From Deltaproteobacteria bacterium (GTDB lineage Bacteria > Myxococcota_A > Polyangia > HGW-17), in the NCBI GenBank assembly GCA_027858615.1, contig JAQICJ010000292.1, forward strand, positions 623 through 64,622: 64,000 nucleotides of DNA, given 5' to 3'. The notes below the pieces were generated by a model that was given only the letters and a program-made list of their open reading frames with translations, did no database searches and had not been told where the DNA came from. This document shows, one piece after another, positions 20,156-29,900 of this stretch; position 1 is the first letter of the stretch, and the number at the start of each line of letters is the position of its first letter. Both the position numbers and the translations under genes were made by a program.

Positions 20156-20413
20156 ACTAATTCATACCATTTATTTTGGTTTTTGTCATGGAGCATGTAT
20201 CAATTTTACAATTGAAAAGATCTATTGATTTTTATATTTGAAAATATAAAAACACTATGATTGTAAAGTTTTATAATTACTACAATTTATAAAAGTAAAT
20301 AATAATTGTTATTAAAGTTAAAAATGTTATCATCATTGTAATTCCCGGGGATTATTTCCCGGCAAGGTGATAATTTGTCCACTAAAGGTCATTTTCAACC
20401 CATGCTGGTTTTC

Positions 20414-20442
20414 TTTGTAAACTTTAGATAAAAGTTTGCAAA
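20414..20442. promoter_or_regulatory. Near-perfect inverted repeat TTTGTAAACTTT-N5-AAAGTTTGCAAA in the 455-bp AT-rich region between the Crp/Fnr-like gene and rsmD. Candidate Crp/Fnr-type operator.
   Basis: Seen in the sequence: 12-bp arms with one mismatch. The half-sites resemble TTGAT/TGTGA-class dimer sites. Confidence 0.4.
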
Positions 20443-20502
20443 TATTGTAAAATCAAGGCTGTATTTTGTTCAACCTGCTTGAACTTGGCCGTTATTTGCT
20501 TT

Positions 20503-20518
20503 CAGGTCAAATGACCTG
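20503..20518. promoter_or_regulatory. Perfect 16-bp palindrome CAGGTCAAATGACCTG, a second candidate operator in the same intergenic region.
   Basis: Seen in the sequence: 7-bp arms with a 2-bp centre, ~90 bp upstream of rsmD. Confidence 0.35.
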
Positions 20519-20610
20519 TTTTCTGCTTGACCCGATGGCAATGAACATAAAGATAATAAATTTGTTACTGCCTTATTGTCTTGATCATGTCATCATCCTA
20601 GAGGATTACT

Positions 20611-21168
20611 TTGTTATCTATCACTGGTGGTAGTTTTAAAAGTAGAAAACTCTTCACTCCCAAAACAAATTCAATAAGACCAACTCCATCTATAGTCAGA
20701 AAGGGAATCTTTGATGTTATAGGCCATTTTTGGGAAGGGGGTCGGATTCTTGATATTTTTGCAGGTACCGGAATTATGGGATTGGAAGCTTTGAGCAGAG
20801 GTTTTGAAAAGAGTGTTTTTATTGATAGTTCATCTGTTGCTGCCGGGATTATTTCCAGAAATATTGGTCTTTTAAATCTGAAAGACCGGACTGAAATCTA
20901 CAAAATAGAATTTTCCCGCGGGTTGGAATTATTAAATAAAGATGACCAGAAATTTGATTTGATTTATCTGGATCCACCTTACAAACAGGTAAATTTAATT
21001 AATTCAACCTTGGAATTAATCTGGAAATACAGACTTGTCAAAGACAATGGAGTTATTTTGGCTGAACACAGTTCACAGAATAAAGCTCCGAAAAGTAAAG
21101 TTAAAAATCTTCAATTAAAAAGTTCCAAAGTTTGGGGCGAAACAGTGGTTGGTTTTTATGGGTTTTAA
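20611..21168 (+). CDS. rsmD: 16S rRNA (guanine966-N2)-methyltransferase.
   Basis: ...RPTPSIVRKGIFDVIG...ILDIFAGTGIMGLEALSRG...DLIYLDPPY (DPPY motif). Conserved rsmD-coaD pairing. Confidence 0.85.
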   Translation: MLSITGGSFKSRKLFTPKTNSIRPTPSIVRKGIFDVIGHFWEGGRILDIFAGTGIMGLEALSRGFEKSVFIDSSSVAAGIISRNIGLLNLKDRTEIYKIEFSRGLELLNKDDQKFDLIYLDPPYKQVNLINSTLELIWKYRLVKDNGVILAEHSSQNKAPKSKVKNLQLKSSKVWGETVVGFYGF

Positions 21169-21655
21169 AACAGCAGTGTATCCGGGGTCATTTGATCCTG
21201 TAACCATGGGACATATAGATATTATCCTGCGAGGACTGGAAGTATTTGACAAAATTATCGTTGCGGTGGCCAACAATACCACCAAAACTCCACTTTTTTC
21301 TGTTGAGGAGAGAGTAGAACTCATAAAAAATTCTGTAAAAGATTATCAAGGGGTTGTGGTTACCGGTTTTCAAGGATTACTGGTTGATTACCTGGAAAAA
21401 GTTAATGTCCAGGTAATTTTGAGGGGGCTGAGGGCTATTTCAGATTTTGAATACGAGTTTCAGATAGCCAATATGAATGCTAGACTCAACCCGGATATCG
21501 AAACTGTATTTTTGATGACCTCAGAAAAATATTTCTACATTAGTTCTTCTGTTATCAAAGAAGTTGCCCGCTTTGGGGGTAATATTTCGGAATTGGTTCC
21601 CATTCCGGTTGAAGAAGCTTTAAAAACAAAGTTTTCTCCTGATCTTTTAACCTGA
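21149..21655 (+). CDS. coaD: Phosphopantetheine adenylyltransferase.
   Basis: AVYPGSFDPVTMGHIDII (H/TxGH nucleotidyltransferase motif). The start is probably the ATG at 21158. It overlaps the rsmD stop. Confidence 0.9.
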   Translation: MVFMGFKTAVYPGSFDPVTMGHIDIILRGLEVFDKIIVAVANNTTKTPLFSVEERVELIKNSVKDYQGVVVTGFQGLLVDYLEKVNVQVILRGLRAISDFEYEFQIANMNARLNPDIETVFLMTSEKYFYISSSVIKEVARFGGNISELVPIPVEEALKTKFSPDLLT

Positions 21656-21738
21656 TTTATCAGTTCAGGTTTTTCAAGTTAAGGACACACCTTGTAAACT
21701 CAAATGGTTTACGGGTTTTAATTGCAATATTCTCCAAT

Positions 21739-21757
21739 TATCCTGGATTATCCAGGA
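21739..21757. terminator. Hairpin ATCCTGGA-TTA-TCCAGGAT downstream of coaD with T-rich flanking sequence. Candidate terminator or operator.
   Basis: Seen in the sequence: 8-bp perfect stem and 3-nt loop, ~85 bp after the coaD stop. Confidence 0.35.
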
Positions 21758-21922
21758 TGAAAAACAAATTTTTCTCTGGTTTTTCGGGATTTTCTTTTCC
21801 AATAAAAATCAGGGTATAACTCAATTTTTTTCATGTATTTTCCGAAGTAAAAAAAGTTGTATCAATATCAACTCTTTTGTTTTGACTTATGGAAAATACA
21901 GTAATTGTACAGGATTTAAAAT

Positions 21923-23137
21923 ATGCAAGTTGCTCACAGAATTCGATTTGTTCCAGATTCTCCTACTTTGGCCATAACCGCTAAAAGTAAACAGATGATT
22001 TCAGAAGGAAAAGATGTCATCAGTCTTTCTATTGGAGAACCGGATTTTCCTACTCCCAAACACATAATTGAAGCTGCCAAAAGAGCTCTGGACAAGGGAG
22101 CTACCAAATATACTCCGGCTGCTGGCATTCCAGAATTAAGAAAAGCTGTTTCCAACAAGATAAGTGCTGATTACGGAATTGATACCATTACTCCGGACCA
22201 TGTAATTATTTCATCCGGGGCAAAACACAGTCTTTATAATGCGATGATGGCAGTAATTAATCCCGGTGATGAAGTCATTATTCCTGCTCCTTACTGGGTT
22301 TCTTATCCGGTAATGGTAACTCTGGCTTCAGGTATTCCCGTATTTGTTCCCACCACCCTTGAAGAAAATTTTATTCTCACCCCTGAAAAATTGAGAGCAG
22401 CCATTACTCGCAGAACGAAAATGGTGATTCTTAATAATCCAAGTAATCCAACCGGAGCTGTTTACAGAAAATCGCAAATAAAAGCACTGCTGAATGTTAT
22501 TCTTGATTATCCCAACATCATGGTTCTCTCAGATGATATTTATCGTCTGCTTATTTACGGAAATGCAAATTTTCACAGTATCGCATCATTTGGAGAATTG
22601 GCCCGCAAAAGAACTATTGTAATCGACGGGGTTTCCAAGGCCTATTCAATGACGGGATGGAGAATAGGTTTTTCAGTTGCCAGACGCAGAGTTACCAGAG
22701 CTATGGCTCATATTCAGAGTCACTCCACTTCAAATCCGGCGGCAGTATCCCAATTCGCTGCCCTTAAAGCATTGACAGGCACACAGGAGCCCATCAATTT
22801 TATGAGGGAGAAATTCAATTCCCGCCGTAAATTCATGATAAAAAATCTGTCAACTTTGGAAAGTCTGGAATTCAGTCATCCCAAGGGTGCTTTTTATGTG
22901 ATGCCCAGGGTCAGTAAATTACTTGGCAAAATCACACCCAAAGGCGATCTTCTGCGTACTGATGTAGATGTATCCCACTATTTTCTGGAAAAAGCTTATG
23001 TTGGAACTGTACCCGGTACTCCCTTTGGTCTGCCTTCCCATATCAGGTTGAGTTATGCTCTCAAAATGGAAAAATTGAAAAAAGCAGTGGACAGAATTGC
23101 CGAAGCAATTTTAGATCTCAGAGAGCCTGGAGTATAA
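21923..23137 (+). CDS. Aspartate / aromatic aminotransferase (class I PLP aminotransferase).
   Basis: ...SLSIGEPDFPTPKHI...YTPAAGIPELRKA...SKAYSMTGWRIGF (PLP-lysine context). Length 404 aa. Confidence 0.85.
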   Translation: MQVAHRIRFVPDSPTLAITAKSKQMISEGKDVISLSIGEPDFPTPKHIIEAAKRALDKGATKYTPAAGIPELRKAVSNKISADYGIDTITPDHVIISSGAKHSLYNAMMAVINPGDEVIIPAPYWVSYPVMVTLASGIPVFVPTTLEENFILTPEKLRAAITRRTKMVILNNPSNPTGAVYRKSQIKALLNVILDYPNIMVLSDDIYRLLIYGNANFHSIASFGELARKRTIVIDGVSKAYSMTGWRIGFSVARRRVTRAMAHIQSHSTSNPAAVSQFAALKALTGTQEPINFMREKFNSRRKFMIKNLSTLESLEFSHPKGAFYVMPRVSKLLGKITPKGDLLRTDVDVSHYFLEKAYVGTVPGTPFGLPSHIRLSYALKMEKLKKAVDRIAEAILDLREPGV

Positions 23138-23193
23138 GGCAGGGAATTGGCTGATCTTTTGAAATGATATTTGCTTTTGTATCTTGATATCAT

Positions 23194-23940
23194 TTGTATC
23201 TTCAACTATTTTGCTCCGCTTACTTATTTTCAAATAAAAAAGGTTCAAAAACAGTGAAACATTTTTGTATATTTTGTATATTTTTGTTTGCTATTTCTTG
23301 TTCAAATACCCGTGTATATACCCCTTCTGCCTCTTTTGATTCTACCGGAGGCAGAGAAATTAACGATGAGGATATAAAAAAAGCCTATCAGGCTAAACCA
23401 CAAATTATATCACCTTCCCGACTTGCCTATTACAATCTGACCAGAAAAGAAAAAAATTTTGAAAAAGAACTCTCCAAACTTAAAAATATCAAATCTACAT
23501 ATAAAATACCCTTTATTCTGATTGAAGGAATAAATACTCAGGGTAACACCTCCTACTATCATCGCAGGTTTGAAAAAAAAGAGGCAGTTTCCATTAAAAA
23601 GCTTCGTTTACTTGGAGCAAGAGCCCATGCTGATTTGTTGCTGGTTTATTCAACTATCGCCCAGACAGAACTTTCGGTGAATCCATGGATAATATCTTCA
23701 TTATTTTTAATTACACAGCTTTTTGTTCCGATGTACAATTTAAAAGTAGTTTTTACGATGAATGCTTGGCTCTTGGATATTCGTAACGGCTATCTTTACA
23801 AAGAGATTTCTTTAACTAGATGTGCTCGCAGAAAATATCTGAGCATTTGGAATATTGATAAAGGTGAGAAGAAAATAGTTTCCTATTTGGAAAAAAAGAT
23901 TTTTCCTGAAGTTATTAAAGAGTTGAACAAAGTACTCTAG
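23194..23940 (+). CDS. Hypothetical lipoprotein.
   Basis: The hydrophobic N-terminus ends in lipobox AISC-SN. No recognisable domain. Start uncertain. Confidence 0.45.
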   Translation: MYLQLFCSAYLFSNKKGSKTVKHFCIFCIFLFAISCSNTRVYTPSASFDSTGGREINDEDIKKAYQAKPQIISPSRLAYYNLTRKEKNFEKELSKLKNIKSTYKIPFILIEGINTQGNTSYYHRRFEKKEAVSIKKLRLLGARAHADLLLVYSTIAQTELSVNPWIISSLFLITQLFVPMYNLKVVFTMNAWLLDIRNGYLYKEISLTRCARRKYLSIWNIDKGEKKIVSYLEKKIFPEVIKELNKVL

Positions 23941-23945
23941 TATAG

Positions 23946-24106
23946 TTCCCGTCCCAGAAGTGGGGTTTTTGGCTGAATGAGAAGTTCGCCTCAGATGCGA
24001 GGAGAAACTTCGCCGACATAGTTGACACTATTTCAAGAAGTTATGACAAAGCAGATGAGGTAAAATTCCGCATTCAGACGATGACATCCATTTTTGGGAC
24101 GGGAAC
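23946..24106 (-). mobile_element. MITE-like repeat, copy 3, inverted relative to copies 1 and 2.
   Basis: Begins GTTCCCGTCCCAGAAGTGGGG and ends TTTTTGGGACGGGAAC. The internal sequence is the reverse complement of copy 1. It sits between two convergently transcribed genes. Confidence 0.7.
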
Positions 24107-24150
24107 TAGTTAACTTGCCCCCTTTTTGCTCCATTCAATTTTGGGAAAAA

Positions 24151-25827
24151 TCAGGCGGTAAAAGTTCTTTTAATAGTGAGCTTTCCAGTATTTTTCAGTA
24201 TTTTCAATTCGGTTTTTGTCAATTCCCTTCCTTTTACCTGCAATTCATCAGGTTGGAAATAGCGTGACTGGGGGACGTATCGCACCGGTAATTCTTCACC
24301 GAGAAGCAATTTTTTTACTTTCAGATTTTTACTGCAGTTGATTTTGTCGATTACTTCGACCCGGTCTTTATGGAATTTGATGATTCTGTTTAAAGTTATG
24401 GGAAGGGTGTTGTTGCGTAGCATCAGTACTTTGCGAATAGCTCCCTTGATTTGGTTAGCAGCTTTGTGATGCCAGCCCATAGCGGCCATTCCAGCTCTGA
24501 AAACGGACATTTTGGCAGGATTGAAAGTTTGGGAGTTCAAGGTGAGACATCTGGTTGTTAGACTTGCTTCAATCCCGTGGGTGGAAATATTTTTGTCTTT
24601 TTCTATCCAGGATGAGGTAAAAATTTGATTATTTTCGGTAATTCCGGAAATTCCACAATCTGAAGTAATGATGGTTCCCGAAGTTTTTTTGTCATTTATT
24701 TTGAAAAGCTTGAAATTGCCACCCTTTGACAAATTGGACACCAGATAGAGATTACCCTGTTTTCCTCCCCAGATTCCGCTTTCTTTGAAATAAAAAATAT
24801 TGTCTTCATCTTCCTGCCAGGGAAGAGGGGGAAGTTTTGCGGGACGTTTGCTGAAATCACGGGCTGAAAACAAAAATTCAGGAATTCTGTAGACGAAATA
24901 ACGATCAGCCTGCAAAGAAGGATAAACCGATGATCCTTGTTTAAAACCCTGGATCATGTGGTTAGCTTGTGTAAGAGCCAGCGGTTTTTCCCTACCGTAA
25001 ATTTCATAGCCGTGGGAATAAAAGTGAAAGGTTTCTCTGGAACCGACTGTTCCCCCATAATGGTTATTGGGATAAACAAAATACTTGGAAAAATCGATAG
25101 CTTTGTGGGCGACTTCGTCAAGTTCGGAATCAGGTTTGACCTGTTTTAATCTGCCTAAAAAAGAAACAGTTGCACTGAGATATCCCGGATCCACTCCGTC
25201 ATATTCGAGACACCAGCCTTCAGGGTTGCAATATTTGAGAAATTCGTTTTTTCTAACTTTGAAAAGGGGTTCAAGATGGTTGGCGTTGAAAATATTGATT
25301 GTTTCCCGCAGAGGTAGTAAGGCCATTGCGTGATGATTGGCCAGAACGCCTATTTCATTGTTTTCTCCGAGAAATTTTGCTGCTTTTAGCATCGTATTTA
25401 TAATTTTACTTTTATCATCAGGGGAAATAATATCTTTGATGGCCAGGTAGCCGTGGTTCATGGAGTGGAGCAAAAAGCCGGTGGGGCCAGCCCAGCCTCT
25501 TTCATTGGGATAGAATTCATCAAAGGAACCGTCATGGTGTTGAATTTGGGTGAGATAATTCATGCAGGCCAGAATCCAATTCCCTACCTTGGGATGCTTG
25601 AAATAGGGGTTATTAACAAATTTATTGGAGTAGGCGAGGGCAAGCCCAAGAATACCATATTGGGCAATGGAAGAAGGAAAATCAGTTGAACGAGCCAGCC
25701 AATATTCCCGATTGGCACAACCATAGGTGGGCGAAAGAGGATTGCGATCAACCATGGAGATAAATCGCGGTATTTGTTTAAGACCCAATTCCCGATAGAC
25801 AGAAACAAGTTTGCGTGAATTTTTCAT
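24151..25827 (-). CDS. Hypothetical 558-aa protein, possibly an alpha/alpha-toroid enzyme (polysaccharide lyase, epimerase or LanC-like). Unassigned.
   Basis: Recurrent G-x-x-G/H-G helical hairpin motifs (QYGILGLALAY, GWAGPTGFLLH, GVLANHHAMALLPL, EGWCLEYDG). No confident family call. Confidence 0.4.
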   Translation of the reverse strand: MKNSRKLVSVYRELGLKQIPRFISMVDRNPLSPTYGCANREYWLARSTDFPSSIAQYGILGLALAYSNKFVNNPYFKHPKVGNWILACMNYLTQIQHHDGSFDEFYPNERGWAGPTGFLLHSMNHGYLAIKDIISPDDKSKIINTMLKAAKFLGENNEIGVLANHHAMALLPLRETINIFNANHLEPLFKVRKNEFLKYCNPEGWCLEYDGVDPGYLSATVSFLGRLKQVKPDSELDEVAHKAIDFSKYFVYPNNHYGGTVGSRETFHFYSHGYEIYGREKPLALTQANHMIQGFKQGSSVYPSLQADRYFVYRIPEFLFSARDFSKRPAKLPPLPWQEDEDNIFYFKESGIWGGKQGNLYLVSNLSKGGNFKLFKINDKKTSGTIITSDCGISGITENNQIFTSSWIEKDKNISTHGIEASLTTRCLTLNSQTFNPAKMSVFRAGMAAMGWHHKAANQIKGAIRKVLMLRNNTLPITLNRIIKFHKDRVEVIDKINCSKNLKVKKLLLGEELPVRYVPQSRYFQPDELQVKGRELTKTELKILKNTGKLTIKRTFTA

Positions 25828-25867
25828 AAATAAAACCTGAAATTATTTGTGTTTAAAGTTCAAAAGA

Positions 25868-26350
25868 TCAGTCTTCAAAAAAATAGGTAAAAAGCAGGGC
25901 GTCTTCCTGGTTATCAGAATAATATTGAGATCGGTATCCCGTTTGAACAAATCCGAACTTATTGTAAAGGGCTTTGCCGGCATGATTGCTTTTTCTGACT
26001 TCCAGATAAATTTTTTTAACGTTGACATCAGACCCCATTTGGATCAGGAATTTAAGCAAACTGCTTCCCAGTCCTTCTTTTCTGACAGCGGGATCGATGG
26101 CCAGATTGGTAATATGGATTTCATCGCAAACCAGCCAGAAAAAAATGTAACCCCTCAGTTTATTGTCGTTTTTTGAGACTATGCCGAAGGAAAAAGAATA
26201 GGAAAGATGGAATTCGGAAATAAAACTGATTTTTTTCCAGGGAGTTGAGAAGCATAAATTCTCAATTTCAAGAACGTCTTCAAGATAATCTGAATTTAAG
26301 GGAAAAATTTCAATTTGTTCCATTATATGTGATTTTGGATTGATTTCCAT
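25868..26350 (-). CDS. rimI: GNAT N-acetyltransferase, RimI-like.
   Basis: GNAT motif A region ...ITNLAIDPAVRKEGLGSSLLKFL... and ...KIYLEVRKSNHAGKALYNKFGF. It overlaps the engB stop, indicating an operon. Confidence 0.7.
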   Translation of the reverse strand: MEINPKSHIMEQIEIFPLNSDYLEDVLEIENLCFSTPWKKISFISEFHLSYSFSFGIVSKNDNKLRGYIFFWLVCDEIHITNLAIDPAVRKEGLGSSLLKFLIQMGSDVNVKKIYLEVRKSNHAGKALYNKFGFVQTGYRSQYYSDNQEDALLFTYFFED

Positions 26351-26928
26351 AATTCTTGAAGTCCGGTATTTTTGGTAGCTGAAAAAAGAATCGGAGGTGG
26401 CATCTGGGGAAGTTTCTTTTGATACTGAACAAGCAGGTTGCCCCTTTTGTTTTTAGGGATTTTATCTACTTTGGTATAGACAACCACTACATTATTGTTC
26501 ATTTGCTGCAGCCATAAAAGAAAATCAATTTCATAACCGCTGATACCTCTTCTGGAATCTATCAGAAGAACAACCAGTTTGAGATATTCTCTGCCGGATA
26601 AATATTCGGTGATAAGCTCGCCCCATTCATCTTGCAGTTTGCTGTTGACTTTGGCATAGCCATACCCTGGTAAATCCGCAAAAATAAAAGGAGCTAACTG
26701 TTTGGTAACAGTTTTGAAAAAATTAATTTCACGGGTTCGCCCAGGGGTCTGACTGATGCGAACTAATTTACGCCGGTTGAGCAGTAATTTGAGCACGGAA
26801 GATTTTCCCACATTTGATTTTCCGGCAATAGCTATTTCGGTCAGTGCCTCCTGGGGAAATTGTTTGCTTGAACGGGCACCGAGTAAAAATTCTGCCTCAG
26901 TGACTTGGGGAATTTTAGATAGGGTCAT
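26323..26928 (-). CDS. engB: Ribosome-biogenesis GTPase YihA/YsxC.
   Basis: G1 motif AGKSNVGKSS, then TPGRTR (G2) and DLPGYG (G3), and the NKxD-equivalent TKVDK. Its start overlaps the stop of the giant TPR gene (ATGA). Confidence 0.85.
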   Translation of the reverse strand: MTLSKIPQVTEAEFLLGARSSKQFPQEALTEIAIAGKSNVGKSSVLKLLLNRRKLVRISQTPGRTREINFFKTVTKQLAPFIFADLPGYGYAKVNSKLQDEWGELITEYLSGREYLKLVVLLIDSRRGISGYEIDFLLWLQQMNNNVVVVYTKVDKIPKNKRGNLLVQYQKKLPQMPPPILFSATKNTGLQELWKSIQNHI

Positions 26929-29900
26929 GAGATATCTTCGAGGAAATCCTTTATTTTTTGATTGTTTGGATCTTCAGATAATCCGCGTTTAGCAGAAGAA
27001 ATGGCTTTCTTGGTATTGCCAAGGGAGTGATCAATTTTAGCAATTTTGAAATAGATTTCACTTTTAGTAATGATTCCGTCGAGCTTTTGGAAAAGCATGG
27101 CTCGGTAAATTTTCTGGGCTTTTTCCAGTTCTTCGTTGTTTTCATGCAGACCTGCAATGGAAAGCATATTATCGATATTTGTAGGATTCAAACGTCTGGA
27201 CTGATTGAACATTTCCAGAGCTCCTGCATAATCTTCCTGACTTTTCTTGATTTTACCAATACGCTGATAGATTACCGAAAGCGATTTTTTGGCTTTGCGG
27301 TTAGTTTTCAACTTGTCGATAAGGTCTGTATATATTTCCATGGATTTTTCATGGTTGCCCGAGGCATAGTACGTATCACCCAGTTTTTGTTTTACTTCGA
27401 TGTTGTCAGGTTCAATCTTGGCTGCTTCTTCAAGGTATGGGAAAGCAGCTTCAGAAGCACTCAGTTGAACAAATAATTCAGAAATTGAAAGCAGTAGTGG
27501 CAGTCTTTCTTCTGGATCTTCGACTTTGGGTAATTTAATTTCATAAAGTCGCAGTAAACCTTCTTTGTTTTCTGTTTCTTCATAATGTTTTTTCAAAGCT
27601 GAAAAAGCTTCGGAATGTTCGGGATAAAGATCTAGAGCATCTTCCCATCTGGTGATTGCTGTTTCCTTTTCTCCAAGTTTAAGGGCAATATTACCACGGC
27701 GGAAGGCCAGTTCGGCTCCCTCTCTGCCTTTTGGTTCAAGCAAAGCTGCTTTTTCGAGATATTGCTGGCATTTTTCCAGATCTTCCATGTTTTCATAAAG
27801 CCTGGCCATACCGGTAAGAGCAGTTACGTTGCCGGAATCTCTTTCCAGAATTTCTCCGAGAATTTCAAGGGCATTGTCGGCAGAACCGAGGTTTTCTTCC
27901 CAGATGCGAGCAATTCGATCGAGATAATAAACTTCTTCTTCTGAATTACCGAGGGAATTAGACAAATCTTTTCGTTTTTCCAGGATTTGAATTAAATCAT
28001 GATAACGTTCGGTTTTAATGAAGATTTCATCTAACTTATTGAAAGCTTTTTCATTGGATGCATCGATATCGATGATCTGTTTGTAATAATCACCGGCTTC
28101 AAAAAGGTCTTCTTGTTTGTTCAAGACCAGAGAAGCCATATTTTCAAGAATTAGAACTTTGGCGGTTTCTTCCTGGGTTTGGGATAATTTGGTGAAGTAA
28201 ATATCTTTCAAAGCATCCCAGTCTTCCTTGCTTTTGTAGATGGAGCACAAGGCTTCGTAGGAAACTTCATCGGAAGGATACATGAGGAAAGTATCTTGCC
28301 AGATTTCTTCGGCTTCATTGGGTTTATCCATTTTTTCAGCCAATAACCGGGCTGTTTTGTGTTTGACCTCAAGCAGTCCCGGATCGTTGGCCATATAGTT
28401 GGCTTTAACCTTTAGAATATCAATGAGTTTTCCCCAATTTTCAGTTTTTTCGTAAAGTCTGATCAATTGGTCTTGTACTTCTTTTTTAGATTCATTCTGT
28501 TCAAAGAGTTTTTGCCAGGCATCAATTGCTTTTTGTGGTTGTTCAAGGCGCTGCTCACTGAGATTGGCAATTTCTTTGAGAATAGTTTCTTTTTTCTCAA
28601 AATCGAAGATAACTTCACTTCTTTTATCGAGAATTTCGATGAGCTTATTGACTTCATCAGTAATGCGATAGAATTCTTCCAGATGCTTGAGAGCTTTATT
28701 GTTTTCGGGTTCAATATTCAGAACAAAACGATAAAGTTTTTCCACAGACTCGTTGTCACCGCTGTTCAAAGCAATTTGTGCGGTGAGCATGGCCAGGTCG
28801 ATGGCTGTCATTTCATCTAATTTATTGTCAAGAATATCTGAAACAATTTTAATAAGTTCAGTCTCTTTATTGGAAATTTCGGCGATCTTGATGAACTCAT
28901 CAACATATTGCTTTTCTTCAGGGGTGGTTTTAACTGCTTTTCCCCAGAGTTCAAAAGCTACTTCAATATTGCCCAATTGCTGGGAAATATTTGCAGCTTG
29001 AACAATGTATTCAGATTTGATAATTGGATCTTTAGTAATTTCAATTCTTTTCTTGAGGAGAGCAACCATTTTTTCTTGATAACCGAGATTTTCATAAATG
29101 GGTTGCAGAAGATCGAGAATTTCGGAAAGAACCGGAGTATCCTTTTCGAGAAGTTTTTCCAGAGCTGTTATGGTCAACTCGTGATTTTCAGAGAAAGCAA
29201 GAGCTTCTCTCCAGGCAGCCAGGGCTCCTTCATGATTTTCGAAGTGTTCAAGACGAAGTTGGCCGAGGCGATAGAAATAAGTTGATTTCTGATCCGGTTC
29301 AAAAGCAGTGTTGGCTTCCATCTGCAGAATGTTTTCCAATTCGTCAAATTTGGAAGTTTGATTGAGCAGTCTGTCCAGTTGGTTGAGAATTTCCAAATTA
29401 TCAGGCATGAATTCAACAGCTTTTTGCATGACTCTCACAGCACCTTCGAGATCTTCAAGTGAGAGTTCGTAAATATTTGCCTGGGTGAGAAGAATTTTTT
29501 TGCGGATTTCTTCATCGTAGATTTCTTCTACAATTTCGGAATAAAGTTCAACCAGTTTATCCCAGGCCTGTTTTTCAGATGCTATAGTATGCAACTGGGT
29601 TTCAGCATCTTTGTTCTCTGGATTTTCTTTAAAGAGGATTCCCCAATATTTGAAGGATTCCATTGGTTCCTGGATGGTGAGATACAATTCAGCTATGGAT
29701 CTGAGATTTACTTTGCGTTTTTCAGGATCAGCCTGATCTTCGAGCAGTAATTTGTACAATTTGATCAGGGATTTGTTCTGACCTTTGGTTTGATAAAGGG
29801 GTTCGAGAATTTTGGCTACGATATTTCTGTATTCAACTCTGTCGAGAAGTTTTTCCAGAGCAGCTACAGCCTGTTCATGATCGGGGTTGAAATCGAGGAT

